From assembly GCA_934162615.1 (NCBI GenBank), contig CAKPJK010000002.1, positions 705-64,704 on the forward strand: a stretch of DNA of 64,000 nucleotides, given 5' to 3'. Every line of letters starts with the position of its first letter. Within the stretch, counting starts at the first letter, position 1. This stretch comes from an uncultured Clostridia bacterium. GTDB lineage: Bacteria; Bacillota; Clostridia; TANB77; CAG-508. The position numbers were made by a program, and so were the translations under genes. The notes beneath the pieces were generated by a model, which was given only the letters and a program-made list of their open reading frames with translations, had not been told where the DNA came from and did no database searches. Shown piece by piece: positions 21,133 to 32,129 of the stretch.

Positions 21133-22323
21133 ATGAAAATATTAGTATTAAATTGTGGTAGTTCATCACTAAAATATCAATTAATTAACATGGAGACAGA
21201 AGAAGTAATGGCTTCTGGAAAATATGAAAGAATAGGAGAAGCAGAAGCTTTTATAACACATAAAGTAAATGGACAAAAAATAGAAATAAAAAATCCAGCA
21301 TATAATCACTCAGAAGCAATAGACTTTACACTAAAACAATTTACAAATCCAGAATACAAAGTAATAGATAGTTTGGACGAAATAAATGCAATTGGACACA
21401 GATTAGTTCATGGTGGAGAAAAAATTGCGGAATCAGTTGTAATTGACGAAAATGTTGTAAAAGTTCTAGAAGAATATACAGATTTAGCACCTTTGCATAA
21501 TCCTGCTTGTATATTAGGAATAAAAGCATGTCAAGAAGTTATGCCTGGAAAACCAATGGTTGGAGTATTTGATACAGCATTCCATCAAACAATGCCAAAA
21601 GATAAATTTATTTATCCAATACCATATGAATATTACAAAAAATATGGAGTAAGAAAATACGGATTCCATGGAACATCACATATGTTTGTATCACAAAGAC
21701 TTGCTGAGATTGAGAACAAATCATTAGAAGGTACAAAAATTGTAACATGTCATTTAGGACAAGGTTCAAGTATATGTGCTATAAAAGATGGAAAATCAGT
21801 AGATACAAGTATGGGATTAACACCACTTGGTGGACTTCCAATGGTTACAAGAAGTGGAGATTTAGACCCATCAGTTGTAACATATATAATGAAAAAAGAA
21901 AATTTAACGCCTACACAAATGGAAGATTTATTAAATAAAAAATCAGGACTTTCTGGTATGTCAGGTTTAGTTCCAGACTTCAGAGAAATAGAAATTGCTT
22001 CAAATGAAGGACAACCAGATGCTAAAATAGCAGTTGAAAACTTCAATTACACAATTGCAAGTTATGTTGCAAAATATGCTGTTGCAATGAGTGGTGTTGA
22101 TTATATTATATTTACAGGAGGAATTGGTGAAAATCAAATTAATATCCGTAAAGGAATTTGTGAAAAATTAGAGTTTATGGGTGTTAAATTAGATGTTGAC
22201 GCTAATAATATGAGAGGTGAAGAAAAAGTTATTTCTACTCCTGATTCTAAAATTAAGGTTTATGTTATTCCTACAAATGAGGAATTAATGATAGCTAAAG
22301 AAACTTTGAGATTAGTAAAATAA
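21133..22323 (+). CDS. ackA: acetate/propionate-family kinase (paralogue 2)
   Basis: 396 aa. Same motif set as paralogue 1 and roughly 60 percent identical by eye. Confidence 0.9.
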   Translation: MKILVLNCGSSSLKYQLINMETEEVMASGKYERIGEAEAFITHKVNGQKIEIKNPAYNHSEAIDFTLKQFTNPEYKVIDSLDEINAIGHRLVHGGEKIAESVVIDENVVKVLEEYTDLAPLHNPACILGIKACQEVMPGKPMVGVFDTAFHQTMPKDKFIYPIPYEYYKKYGVRKYGFHGTSHMFVSQRLAEIENKSLEGTKIVTCHLGQGSSICAIKDGKSVDTSMGLTPLGGLPMVTRSGDLDPSVVTYIMKKENLTPTQMEDLLNKKSGLSGMSGLVPDFREIEIASNEGQPDAKIAVENFNYTIASYVAKYAVAMSGVDYIIFTGGIGENQINIRKGICEKLEFMGVKLDVDANNMRGEEKVISTPDSKIKVYVIPTNEELMIAKETLRLVK

Positions 22324-22326
22324 AAT

Positions 22327-22362
22327 AAAAAGTAACAGATAATTAAAGTCTGTTACTTTTTT
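22327..22362 (+). terminator. rho-independent terminator after ackA paralogue 2
   Basis: AAAAGTAACAGA ... TCTGTTACTTTTTT. Confidence 0.7.
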
Positions 22363-22510
22363 GCTCTTAAAAGTATAAATATTTTAAGTAAAATAATAGT
22401 AAAAGTATTGATTAATAAGCAAAAAAAGTATAAAATTAGACAGACAATTACAATAAAAAACAAACAACAAAAATAAAACCTTTATATAATCTAGAAGGAG
22501 AAAACAAAAT

Positions 22511-23620
22511 ATGAAAAAACTACTATTTGGAGCATATTCGCTAGACATAGGCGGAATAGAAAAAGCATTAGTAATACTAGTAAACAAATTACAAGAAAAG
22601 GGATATGACATAACACTAGTATTAGAAAAAAGACAAGGAATATTTTTAAACGAAATAAATCCAAAAATAAAAATAATAGAATATGCACCATCAAATAGCA
22701 AAAATAAAATACAAAGAAAAATAATTAATCTAATTAAAAGAATAAAATTTACATTAAAATACAAAAACAAATATGACTTTTCTGCAAGTTTTGCAACATA
22801 CTCTTTACCAGCATCATTTGTTGCAAGAACTGCATCAAAAAACTGTTATTTGTGGGGACATGCTGATTATTTAACATTATTTGATTGCGATGCAGAAGAA
22901 ATGAAAGAATTTTTTATAGAAAGAAATTATAATAAATTTAAAAAAATAATTTTTGTTTCTAAAGAGGGAAAAGAAAGTTTTGTAAAAGTATTTCCTGAAA
23001 TGAAAGAAAAAACAATGGTATGTAATAACTTAATAGATGCGGACAAAATATTAGAACTTTCAAAAGAAAAAATACCAGAAGAAGATTTATCAAAAATAAA
23101 TAAATTGGAAAACGCCCAAAAAGAAACAACAATATTTATAAATGTAGGAAGACATCAAGAAAAACAAAAAAAATTAAGTAGATTAATAGAGGCAGCGACA
23201 ATGTTAAAAAAAGACAATATGAATTTTAAAATTATATTTATAGGTGACGGACCAGAAACTGAAGAATATAAAAAACAAGTAAGAAATAATCAACTAGAAA
23301 ATAATATTATATTTTTAGGAAAAAAACAAAATCCATATCCATATTTTAAAATAGCAGATTGTGTTGTTTTAACATCAGATTATGAAGGGTATCCTGTAGT
23401 ATTTTTAGAAAGTTTTATATTAGAAAAACCAATTATCACAACAAAGGTATCAGACTATCAAGAAGTTGAAAATAAATATGGATTCGTAACTGAAAAAAAT
23501 ACTAAAGACATATATGAAAAAATGAAGAATTTTATTTTAAAGGGATTTGAAATAAAAGAAAAATTTGACTATAAAAAATATAATGAAGAAATACTTAAAA
23601 AAATTGAGGATTTATTTTAA
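22511..23620 (+). CDS. glycosyltransferase family 4
   Basis: 369 aa. N-terminal LDIGGIEKALV block and a C-terminal E-x7-E-type region (SDYEGYPVVFLESFILEKP). Confidence 0.85.
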   Translation: MKKLLFGAYSLDIGGIEKALVILVNKLQEKGYDITLVLEKRQGIFLNEINPKIKIIEYAPSNSKNKIQRKIINLIKRIKFTLKYKNKYDFSASFATYSLPASFVARTASKNCYLWGHADYLTLFDCDAEEMKEFFIERNYNKFKKIIFVSKEGKESFVKVFPEMKEKTMVCNNLIDADKILELSKEKIPEEDLSKINKLENAQKETTIFINVGRHQEKQKKLSRLIEAATMLKKDNMNFKIIFIGDGPETEEYKKQVRNNQLENNIIFLGKKQNPYPYFKIADCVVLTSDYEGYPVVFLESFILEKPIITTKVSDYQEVENKYGFVTEKNTKDIYEKMKNFILKGFEIKEKFDYKKYNEEILKKIEDLF

Positions 23621-23685
23621 AAATCATATCAAATTAATAATTATTAAATTAACGATTATCATATTAATGATGAAAGGAAAACAAA

Positions 23686-24639
23686 ATGCCAAAAGTAAGT
23701 ATAATAGTACCATTTTATAATGTTGAAAAATACATAGAAAAATGTTTACAAACATTAGTAAATCAGACATTAGAAGATATTGAAATAATATTGGTAAATG
23801 ACGGTTCGCAAGACGGAACAGAAGAAATAGCAAAAAAATATGAAGAACAATATCCAAAAAAAATAAAATATCTTGAAAAAGAAAATGGTGGACTTTCTGA
23901 TGCTAGAAATTACGCTATTCCATATGTAAAAGGAGAATATGTTGCTTTTTTAGACTCTGATGATTATGTTGAAACAAATATGTATCAAGAAATGTATGAG
24001 ATTGCAAAAAAACAAAATAGTGATATGGTAGAATGCAATTTTATTTGGGAATATCCAAATAAATCCAGAATAGATGTAGGAACAACATATAATGACAAAC
24101 ATGAAATGCTAGAAAAAATAAGAGTGGTCGCATGGAATAAATTAATTAAAAGAGAAATATTAGAAAAGTCCAAAGTACAATTTCCGAAAGGATATAGATA
24201 TGAGGATGTTGAATTCACATATAAATTAATACCATTTTTGGAAAAAGTATCATTTTGTAAAACTCCAATGATACATTATATTCAAAGAGAAGGTTCAATA
24301 TCTAATGTTCAAAATAAAAGAAATGCAGAAATTTTTGATGTGATGCAACATGTAATAGACTATTACAAAGAAAAAGGTTTATATGAGGAATATTATCAAG
24401 AATTAGAATATGTATATGCGCGATATACTTTTTGTAGTTCTTTTTTAAGAATTGTAAAAATAAAAGATAAGAAGATTAGAAATGAATTATTGGATATAAC
24501 TTGGAATAGTGTTAACACAAAATTTCCAAATTGGAAAAACAATAGGATATTAAAAACAGAAAAAAGTAAAAAAAATCTGTATTTAAAAACAATAAATAAA
24601 ATTACATATAAAATATATTCTAAAATATTTGCAATATAG
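23686..24639 (+). CDS. glycosyltransferase family 2
   Basis: 317 aa. VSIIVPFYNVEKYI, NDGSQDGT and FLDSDD motifs. Confidence 0.9.
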   Translation: MPKVSIIVPFYNVEKYIEKCLQTLVNQTLEDIEIILVNDGSQDGTEEIAKKYEEQYPKKIKYLEKENGGLSDARNYAIPYVKGEYVAFLDSDDYVETNMYQEMYEIAKKQNSDMVECNFIWEYPNKSRIDVGTTYNDKHEMLEKIRVVAWNKLIKREILEKSKVQFPKGYRYEDVEFTYKLIPFLEKVSFCKTPMIHYIQREGSISNVQNKRNAEIFDVMQHVIDYYKEKGLYEEYYQELEYVYARYTFCSSFLRIVKIKDKKIRNELLDITWNSVNTKFPNWKNNRILKTEKSKKNLYLKTINKITYKIYSKIFAI

Positions 24640-24673
24640 GAAGAAAAGCAATATAGGAAGGAAAAAGCAAGAC

Positions 24674-26074
24674 ATGAAATATAAAATAAAACTTGAAAAT
24701 ATAATGTGTGTATTTATTATATTATGCCCAATATTAGATATAGCAAGTTTTGTATTTAGAAATACATTTAACACAAAAATATCACCATCAACAATTATTA
24801 GACCAATAATACCAGCAATTGCAATATTATATTTATTTATAAAAAAAGACGGTAAATTCAAAAAAAATATGATTATTGCAGGAACAATTTATGCAGTATA
24901 TGCGACAATACATATATATTTGTTTAATAAAATAAAAACAGGTATGAGTTTTGGCTCAGAAACGCATGAATTGCAATACATAATAAACTACACATTTATG
25001 ATAATAAATTTAATAGTATTTACAACAGTATTTAAAGATGAAAATGTAGAAAAATTAAACAAAAGCATTTTGATATCAACAGGAATATATATTGGCTCAA
25101 TATATATTGCAATACTAACAAAAACATCATCACACACATACATAGAAGGAATGGGATATAAAGGTTGGTTCGAGTCTGGAAATAGCATAAGTTCAATATT
25201 GTTACTTACAATGTTTATATATTTGCCATATGTGAAAGATAAAAAATACAGAAAATTTATAATTCCTATAATAATTTTAGTAGGTGCATTTTTAAGTATG
25301 TTGATAGGAACGCGAGCAGGGTTATTTGGATTCATACTTGTAATAGCACTTTATATGGGAATAGAAGTTTTATTTAATATAATCCGAAACAAGAAAATAG
25401 ACAAAAAATTTTTGATAATAGGAATAACAGGACTTGCAATTGTTATACTAGTAGTTATTGGGTTTGGCTCAACAACAATACAAAGAAGAAAACACTTAAA
25501 AGATATCGAATCAGATATTATAGATGAGTCAAGTCAAGAAAATGCACATATAACAGGAAGCACTTTAAGAATTAAAGAACAAATAGAAAATAATGAAATT
25601 GTAGAAGGATATATGTCAGAACCACAAAAACAATCAATTATGGACTTATATAATATTGCTAATAAATTGCAAGTAAAAAACAATGACCAAAGAATGCAAC
25701 AATTAATATATAATTTAGCACTTGTTAAAAATCAAAAAAATATATTATTGATATTATTTGGTAATGGATATGTTGCAAATTTTAGCGAACTTGTATTGGA
25801 AATGGAATTAGTTTCAATGCTGTTGAACTTTGGAATTGTAGGATTTGTTTTATATATGGGACCTTTTGCTGCAATATTATTTGCCGGTCTATATTATGGA
25901 ATAAAATATAGAAAGGTGATAGACAGTCAATATGCATTTTTATGGTTTGGGTTAGCAATGGCATTTGCATTATCATTATTATCTGGATATACATTTTTTA
26001 ATTTATCATCAATGATAATAATTGTATCAATAAGTACAAATTTGATGAAAAAGATGAAAGAATATAAAAGTTAG
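24674..26074 (+). CDS. O-antigen polymerase/ligase-like (Wzy-type) polytopic membrane protein
   Basis: Start moved to ATG 24674. About 10 or more TM helices with one large hydrophilic loop, inside a glycosyltransferase cluster. Confidence 0.6.
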   Translation: MKYKIKLENIMCVFIILCPILDIASFVFRNTFNTKISPSTIIRPIIPAIAILYLFIKKDGKFKKNMIIAGTIYAVYATIHIYLFNKIKTGMSFGSETHELQYIINYTFMIINLIVFTTVFKDENVEKLNKSILISTGIYIGSIYIAILTKTSSHTYIEGMGYKGWFESGNSISSILLLTMFIYLPYVKDKKYRKFIIPIIILVGAFLSMLIGTRAGLFGFILVIALYMGIEVLFNIIRNKKIDKKFLIIGITGLAIVILVVIGFGSTTIQRRKHLKDIESDIIDESSQENAHITGSTLRIKEQIENNEIVEGYMSEPQKQSIMDLYNIANKLQVKNNDQRMQQLIYNLALVKNQKNILLILFGNGYVANFSELVLEMELVSMLLNFGIVGFVLYMGPFAAILFAGLYYGIKYRKVIDSQYAFLWFGLAMAFALSLLSGYTFFNLSSMIIIVSISTNLMKKMKEYKS

Positions 26075-26125
26075 TTTATTGAAAATTACTAAATCAAGAA
26101 ATTGATTATAGTGAAAGGAAAATTT

Positions 26126-27248
26126 ATGAAAAAAATATTATTTGGGATAACAGGTTTAACTCTTCGGTGGTGCAGAAAGAGTATTAGTAGATTTAGCAAA
26201 TGAATTATCAAAAAAATATGATGTTACAATTTTTACTTTGTATGGAAATGGTGAACTAGAAGGCCAATTATATACAAAAGTAAACCACATAACATTGTAT
26301 AAACAAAAGTATAATGATTTATCAAACTTTAAGAAAAAGGTAATTCCATTAAAAGTTCTGTTAATGAAAAATAGAATCTATAAAAAATATATAAAAAAAG
26401 ATTATGATGTAGAGATTGCTTTTTTGGAAGGACCTATAACACGTTTATTTAGTGTTAAGAATAAGAAAACAAGAAAAATAGCATGGGTACATAATGATAT
26501 TTCTTTAGTTTTTGGAAATGGATTAAAGGCCAAAATGAAAAAGAAAACAGATAGAAAAATATATTCAAAATATGATAAAATTATTTTTGTAAGTAGAGAT
26601 AATTTGAAAAAATTTGTTGAACAATATCCAGATTTAAGAAATGCAGAATTAGAACCTGTAAAGAAAGATGTAATATATAATTATTTGGACGAAGAATTGG
26701 TAATAAAAAAATCAAATGAAAATATGGATATTGAATTTGATAATAAAACTCTAAATTTTGTAACTGTCGCAAGACTTGTACCACAAAAGGCAATTGACAG
26801 AGTCATAGATGTACATACAAAACTTATACAAAATGGTTTTGAACATAATTTTTATGTAATAGGTGAGGGTCCAGAACAAAAAAATTTGGAAAATAAGATA
26901 GATGAAAATCAAATTCAAAATACTTTTCACTTATTGGGTAAAAAAGAAAATCCATACCCATATATAAAAAATGCAGATTATTTTTGCCTTTTGTCAAAGT
27001 TTGAGGGATACGGTATGGTTTTGGAAGAGGCAAAAATATTAGGCAAAAACATTTTGATAACTGATACTGCTGCGAGAGAAGCGGTTGAAAATTATGGACA
27101 AGCAGTTGTGATTCCAAATGAGGAAGAGCATATATATAAAACTTTGAAAGAGGTTATTCAAAAAGGAAAAATAAATCAAGATAATATACAACAAAATTAT
27201 GATAATAAAAAAATAATTGAAAAAGTAGAAAAATTATTAGAAGAATAA
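26126..27248 (+). pseudogene. glycosyltransferase family 4, reading frame broken (+1) at in-frame CGG 26165-26167
   Basis: ATG 26126 gives MKKILFGITGLTL, then CGG and a stop at 26201. The +1 frame from GGT 26166 reads GGAERVLVDLANELSKKYDVTIFTLYGNG... into the listed 26238..27248 ORF. Confidence 0.85.
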
Positions 27249-27255
27249 AAATGGA

Positions 27256-27473
27256 AGTGTTAAATATTTGTTGCTATTCACAGTTTTTAAACTATTAAAA
27301 TGAAATTAATGATTTATTTATTTTTTTGTTGCCCCATTCTAAAAATTCTAACAAAAGTTTATCAACTTTTGAGAATTTTTGAACGGTCCCCCCGAATCAC
27401 TTCAAAATAAATAAATGATTAATTTCATAAATATATATTTTATTATACCGTGAATAGCAACAAATGTTGAACA
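27256..27473. mobile_element. 218-bp MITE-like palindromic element
   Basis: Terminal inverted repeats GTGTTAAATATTTGTTGCTATTCAC and GTGAATAGCAACAAATGTTGAACAC. Inner inverted repeat TGAAATTAATGATTTATTTATTTT / AAAATAAATAAATGATTAATTTCA. The core is also partly palindromic. Confidence 0.5.
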
Positions 27474-27505
27474 CAAGCAAATTTTATACTTGAAAGGAGC
27501 ACAAA

Positions 27506-28300
27506 GTGAAAATTTCAATATTAACACCAACATATAATAGAGCAAATTTACTAACAAATTTATACAATAGCCTTGTTAAAAATTCAAATTATGGTATAGA
27601 AATAGAATGGCTTATAATGGATGATGGCTCAACAGATAACACACAAAGTATAGTTGAAAATTTTATAAAACAAAACAAAATAGATATAAAATATTTTAAA
27701 CAAGAAAACCAAGGCAAAATGGTTGCAATTAATAACTTAGTAGAAAAAGCAACTGGAGAATTGATGGTTAATTGTGATTCTGACGATTATTTTTCTGATG
27801 ATGCATTCAAGATAATTAAGGAATCTTATGAAAAATATCCAAATGAAAACCAAGAATTATATGGAATGTGTTTTTTAAAATATAATACTAAAGGACAAAA
27901 TATGGGACAACTATTTAAGAATGAGAAGACTACAATGTTTGATTTGTATTTTAAAGAAGGGGAAGATGGCGAAAAGGCTCTTGTGTTTTATTCAAATATT
28001 AGAAAACAATTTAAACATGAGTTGGAACATGGCGAAAAGTTTGTTACTGAGGCTAGAATGTATCATAAAATGGATGAGAATTATAAAATGGCATGCATTA
28101 ATGAACCAATTATGATTTGTGAGTATCAGGATGAGGGTTATACTAAAAATATTATGGAGCAGTTTAAGAAGTATCCTTTTGGTTATTATATGTATTTTAA
28201 AGAGATTTTACATAAAAATATGAAGGGTGTTCTTTTAAAAAAGAGATTGTATGCAATTAAACATTTTTTACTATTTTGGTATTTGAAAAGAAAAAAGTAG
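27506..28300 (+). CDS. glycosyltransferase family 2
   Basis: GTG start behind AAAGGAG. ISILTPTYNR, MDDGSTDNT and NCDSDD motifs. Confidence 0.85.
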   Translation: MKISILTPTYNRANLLTNLYNSLVKNSNYGIEIEWLIMDDGSTDNTQSIVENFIKQNKIDIKYFKQENQGKMVAINNLVEKATGELMVNCDSDDYFSDDAFKIIKESYEKYPNENQELYGMCFLKYNTKGQNMGQLFKNEKTTMFDLYFKEGEDGEKALVFYSNIRKQFKHELEHGEKFVTEARMYHKMDENYKMACINEPIMICEYQDEGYTKNIMEQFKKYPFGYYMYFKEILHKNMKGVLLKKRLYAIKHFLLFWYLKRKK

Positions 28301-28368
28301 GTTTGACAATATATGAATTTATGATATAATACACACTGTAAAAAAAGATTAGGAAAGAAGGAAGTAGA

Positions 28369-29307
28369 ATGAAAAAGATATCAGTAGTTATACCAATGTA
28401 TTACGAAGAAGAAGTGGCACAAGAATGTTATAATAAAATGACTAAAGTACTAGAAAATATTAAAGATTATGATTATGAAATAATTTGTATAAATGATGGA
28501 AGTAAAGATAAAACATTATCAATATTAGAAAAAATTGCAGAAAATGACAAAAGAGTAAAAGTAATTTCATTTTCAAGAAATTTTGGACATCAATGTGCAG
28601 TAACAGCTGGATTAAAATATGTAACTGGTGATGCAATAGTTATAATAGATGCAGATTTACAAGACCCACCAGAATTAATTCCTGACATGCTAAAATTGTG
28701 GGAAAATGGAAACGAAGTAATTTATGGAAAGAGAAAAACGAGAGAAGGAGAATCTAAGTTTAAACTTTTAACAGCTAAAATGTTTTACAATACATTAAAT
28801 GCTTTATCTGATGTAGAAATACCTAAAGATACAGGTGACTTTAGACTCGTAGATAGAAAAGTGGTAGATGTAATAAATTCATTACCAGAACATAATAAAT
28901 TTTTACGTGGATTATTTAGTTGGGTTGGTTTTGAACAAAAAGCATTTGAATATGAAAGAAAAGAAAGATTTGCAGGAAAAACAAAATATCCATTAAAGAA
29001 AATGCTAAAATTAGCATCAGATGGAATTATTGGCTTTTCATCAAAACCATTAAAAATAGTTGGTGGACTTGGAATTATGACAATATTTATATCTTTTATA
29101 ATTGTTATTTATGCAATATTATCATTTGCATTTAAATGGCATCAATTAACACCCGGCTGGACATCATTAATGGTTGCAACAACATTCTTTAGCGGAGTTA
29201 TATTAATCTCTTTATGGATGATTGGTGAATATATATCTAGAATTTATGATGAGTCTAAAGGAAGACCACAATACATTATTAATAAAGAAATAAATATTGA
29301 AAAATAA
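28369..29307 (+). CDS. polyprenyl-phosphate glycosyltransferase (GT2, GtrB/CsbB-like)
   Basis: 312 aa. ISVVIPMYYEE, NDGSKDKT, IIDADLQDPPE and DTGDFRLVDR motifs, plus two C-terminal TM helices. Confidence 0.85.
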   Translation: MKKISVVIPMYYEEEVAQECYNKMTKVLENIKDYDYEIICINDGSKDKTLSILEKIAENDKRVKVISFSRNFGHQCAVTAGLKYVTGDAIVIIDADLQDPPELIPDMLKLWENGNEVIYGKRKTREGESKFKLLTAKMFYNTLNALSDVEIPKDTGDFRLVDRKVVDVINSLPEHNKFLRGLFSWVGFEQKAFEYERKERFAGKTKYPLKKMLKLASDGIIGFSSKPLKIVGGLGIMTIFISFIIVIYAILSFAFKWHQLTPGWTSLMVATTFFSGVILISLWMIGEYISRIYDESKGRPQYIINKEINIEK

Positions 29308-29333
29308 TTAATTTATCAAAAAAGGAAAGAACA

Positions 29334-29762
29334 ATGGAAAAAATAAAAAATATGATAGAAAAAATATTAACTAGAGATGTTATATTATATATAGTTTTTG
29401 GAGTATTAACAACATGTGTTAATTTGATTTCATTTTATATATTAAATAGCCTAATACATATAAATGAAAACATAGCTAATCTTATAGCTATACCATTATC
29501 AATTTTATTTGCATATTTTACTAATAGAAAATGGGTTTTTCATACTCAAGCAAAAGGTTTTACTGAAAATTTTAAAGAATTTTGTAAGTTTATAGCAGGA
29601 AGAGCATTTACAATGTTTATTGAATTTTTTGGATGTATGATATTATTCAAGCTTCCTATTCCAGCTATAATAAGCAAACTTGCAGTAAACATTCTAGTTA
29701 TAATCTTAAACTTCTTTATAAGTAAATTTTTTGCATTTAAGAAAAAAAATAAAAATTCTTAA
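29334..29762 (+). CDS. GtrA-family membrane protein
   Basis: 142 aa with four TM helices and an NRKWVF motif. Follows the GtrB-like gene. Confidence 0.85.
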   Translation: MEKIKNMIEKILTRDVILYIVFGVLTTCVNLISFYILNSLIHINENIANLIAIPLSILFAYFTNRKWVFHTQAKGFTENFKEFCKFIAGRAFTMFIEFFGCMILFKLPIPAIISKLAVNILVIILNFFISKFFAFKKKNKNS

Positions 29763-32065
29763 TGACGAAAATAAGAAAGGAAAAAAGTTTAATGAATGAA
29801 TTTAAGTTTGAATTAGAACCTGGAAAAAAAATAAACAAACAAGAAAAATATAAAAAACAAGAACCGATAATATCAGTTATTGTACCATTTTTTAATAGTA
29901 AAAACTATATTGAACAAACAATAATATCAATTTTAAATCAAACATTTCCATTTTATGAAATTCTAATAATTGATGATGGGTCCAAGGATGAAGGGGCATT
30001 AGAAAAATTAGAAGAAATTAAAAAATTGGATGATAGAATAAAAATATTTCATAAAGAAAATGAAGGATTAGCTGCGACAAGAGACTTTGGAGCCTCAAAA
30101 TCTTCTAATAGTTGTAAATATTTAATGTTTATTGATGATGATGATTTAATAGAACCAACATTTTTAGAGTGTGCGTATTGGACATTAGAGACCAATAAAG
30201 ATGCAGCCTGGGCTTATGCTGATTCAGTTGGATTTGGAGGACAACAATACTTATGGAATAAATATTTTAATTCAGACAAGTTAAAAAAAGTTAATGAGCT
30301 TATATCACAAGCCCTAATAAGAAAAAGCGATTTTGAATTAGTAAATGGATATGAACTAAGAGAAAAAGCAGTAAATGAAGATTGGAATTTTTGGCTAAAA
30401 CTTTTGGCAAAAGGAAAAGGACCTGTCCATATGAGCTTTTATGGTCAATGGTATAGAAGAAAAAAGGATGGAGAGCTAAAAAGAGCTAATGAAAATAAAC
30501 AAAGAGCTTTAGAAATAATAACTGAAACAGCAAGTAAAATAAATCAAAAAGTTGATGCAATTCAATATCCTACATATAAATATAATTATGATATTCTTCC
30601 AGAAAACGTAGAAAAAATTATAATCCCTAAAAAGGAAGAAAAAACAAATAAAATAAACATCTTATTCATAATACCATGGATGGTAACAGGTGGGGCAGAT
30701 TTATTTAATTTAAATCTTGTTAAAGGGTTAGACAAGAATAAATTTTCTATAACTATAATTACAACTGAACCAAATAAAAATGTATTAAGACAATATTTTG
30801 AAAAAGATGATAATTTCAATAAAATTGCCAATGTATATGATTTAACTTCATTTCTAGAACAAAAATATTGGATTTCATTTATAAATTATATTATAGAAAA
30901 AGAAGAAATAAACATTATATTGAATTCAAATAGTAAATTTGGGTATTCAATATTGCCATATATAAAATGCAAGAATCCAAAAATTCCAATTCTTGACTAT
31001 GTTCACATGGAAGAATGGTATAACAGAAACGGTGGATATTCAAGATATTCGGCAATGTATGATTCAGTAATAGATAGGACATTGGTATGCAATGAAAATA
31101 GCAGAAAAATTCTAATAGATTATTTTGGAAAAAATGCTAAAGATGTTGAGACTGTTTACATTGGAGTAGATGAAAATAAATTTAATCCGGAAAAATATAA
31201 TAAAAAAGAATTAAAAAACAAATATTTAGGAAACGAAAAAGACAAAAAAGTAATATCATATATTTGCAGAATTACTGAACAAAAAAGACCAATGTTTTTG
31301 TTAAATGTAATATCAAAATTAAAAGAAAAAAGACATGATTTTAAGGTAATAGTGGTCGGTGATGGCAATTTATTATTTAAAATGAAAGATAAGGCTAAAA
31401 AACTAAATATATATGAAGATATTATTTTTACAGGACAACTACAAAATACAGGAGAGATTTATAGTATAAGTGATATAACGGTAAATTGCTCGATAAAAGA
31501 AGGCTTGGCGTTAACATCATATGAATCTTTAAGTATGGGAGTGCCTATAGTATCTAGTAATGTAGGTGGTCAAAAAGAGTTAATAACAGATAAAGTTGGA
31601 AAAATAATTGAACTTAGACAAAATGAAGAGGACGTTTATTCAGAAAACTACAGTGATGAAGAGATAGAAGAATATGTACAAGCAATAAATGAAATACTAG
31701 ATAATGCAAATAAATATAAAGAAAATTGTAGAAAAAGAATTTTCTATCATTTTACTATTAGTAAAATGATAGAAAAAATGTCAAATGTAATACAAGAAAC
31801 ATACGAAAAACCAAATGATTCAAAAATCGAAAATGGTAAAAAATTAAAAACAAATATAAGCCTTTGCAAGGAACTAATAACAACAAACTTAAAATTGGAT
31901 GAAATAGAATATACATGGGAATGTTCAGAATATGAAAGAAAAACATATGGACAAGCATATTCCTTTAAAAATATGAATTATAAGAAAGAAATTTTAAAAG
32001 AAAAGTTATGGCAATTGCCAATATGGAGAGCATTTGTAAAAATGGTACATAAGTTTAGAAAATGA
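29762..32065 (+). CDS. two-domain glycosyltransferase (N-terminal GT2, C-terminal GT4)
   Basis: 767 aa. ISVIVPFFNS, IDDGSKDE and FIDDDD in the N-half. The C-half has a GT4 Rossmann pattern (GGADLFNL ... CSIKEGLALTSYESLSMGVP). Confidence 0.8.
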   Translation: MTKIRKEKSLMNEFKFELEPGKKINKQEKYKKQEPIISVIVPFFNSKNYIEQTIISILNQTFPFYEILIIDDGSKDEGALEKLEEIKKLDDRIKIFHKENEGLAATRDFGASKSSNSCKYLMFIDDDDLIEPTFLECAYWTLETNKDAAWAYADSVGFGGQQYLWNKYFNSDKLKKVNELISQALIRKSDFELVNGYELREKAVNEDWNFWLKLLAKGKGPVHMSFYGQWYRRKKDGELKRANENKQRALEIITETASKINQKVDAIQYPTYKYNYDILPENVEKIIIPKKEEKTNKINILFIIPWMVTGGADLFNLNLVKGLDKNKFSITIITTEPNKNVLRQYFEKDDNFNKIANVYDLTSFLEQKYWISFINYIIEKEEINIILNSNSKFGYSILPYIKCKNPKIPILDYVHMEEWYNRNGGYSRYSAMYDSVIDRTLVCNENSRKILIDYFGKNAKDVETVYIGVDENKFNPEKYNKKELKNKYLGNEKDKKVISYICRITEQKRPMFLLNVISKLKEKRHDFKVIVVGDGNLLFKMKDKAKKLNIYEDIIFTGQLQNTGEIYSISDITVNCSIKEGLALTSYESLSMGVPIVSSNVGGQKELITDKVGKIIELRQNEEDVYSENYSDEEIEEYVQAINEILDNANKYKENCRKRIFYHFTISKMIEKMSNVIQETYEKPNDSKIENGKKLKTNISLCKELITTNLKLDEIEYTWECSEYERKTYGQAYSFKNMNYKKEILKEKLWQLPIWRAFVKMVHKFRK

Positions 32066-32129
32066 ATATGTTGACAATAAAATTGTTAAAGGTTATAATG
32101 TTTTAAAATAAATCTGTGCGGGGGATAAA

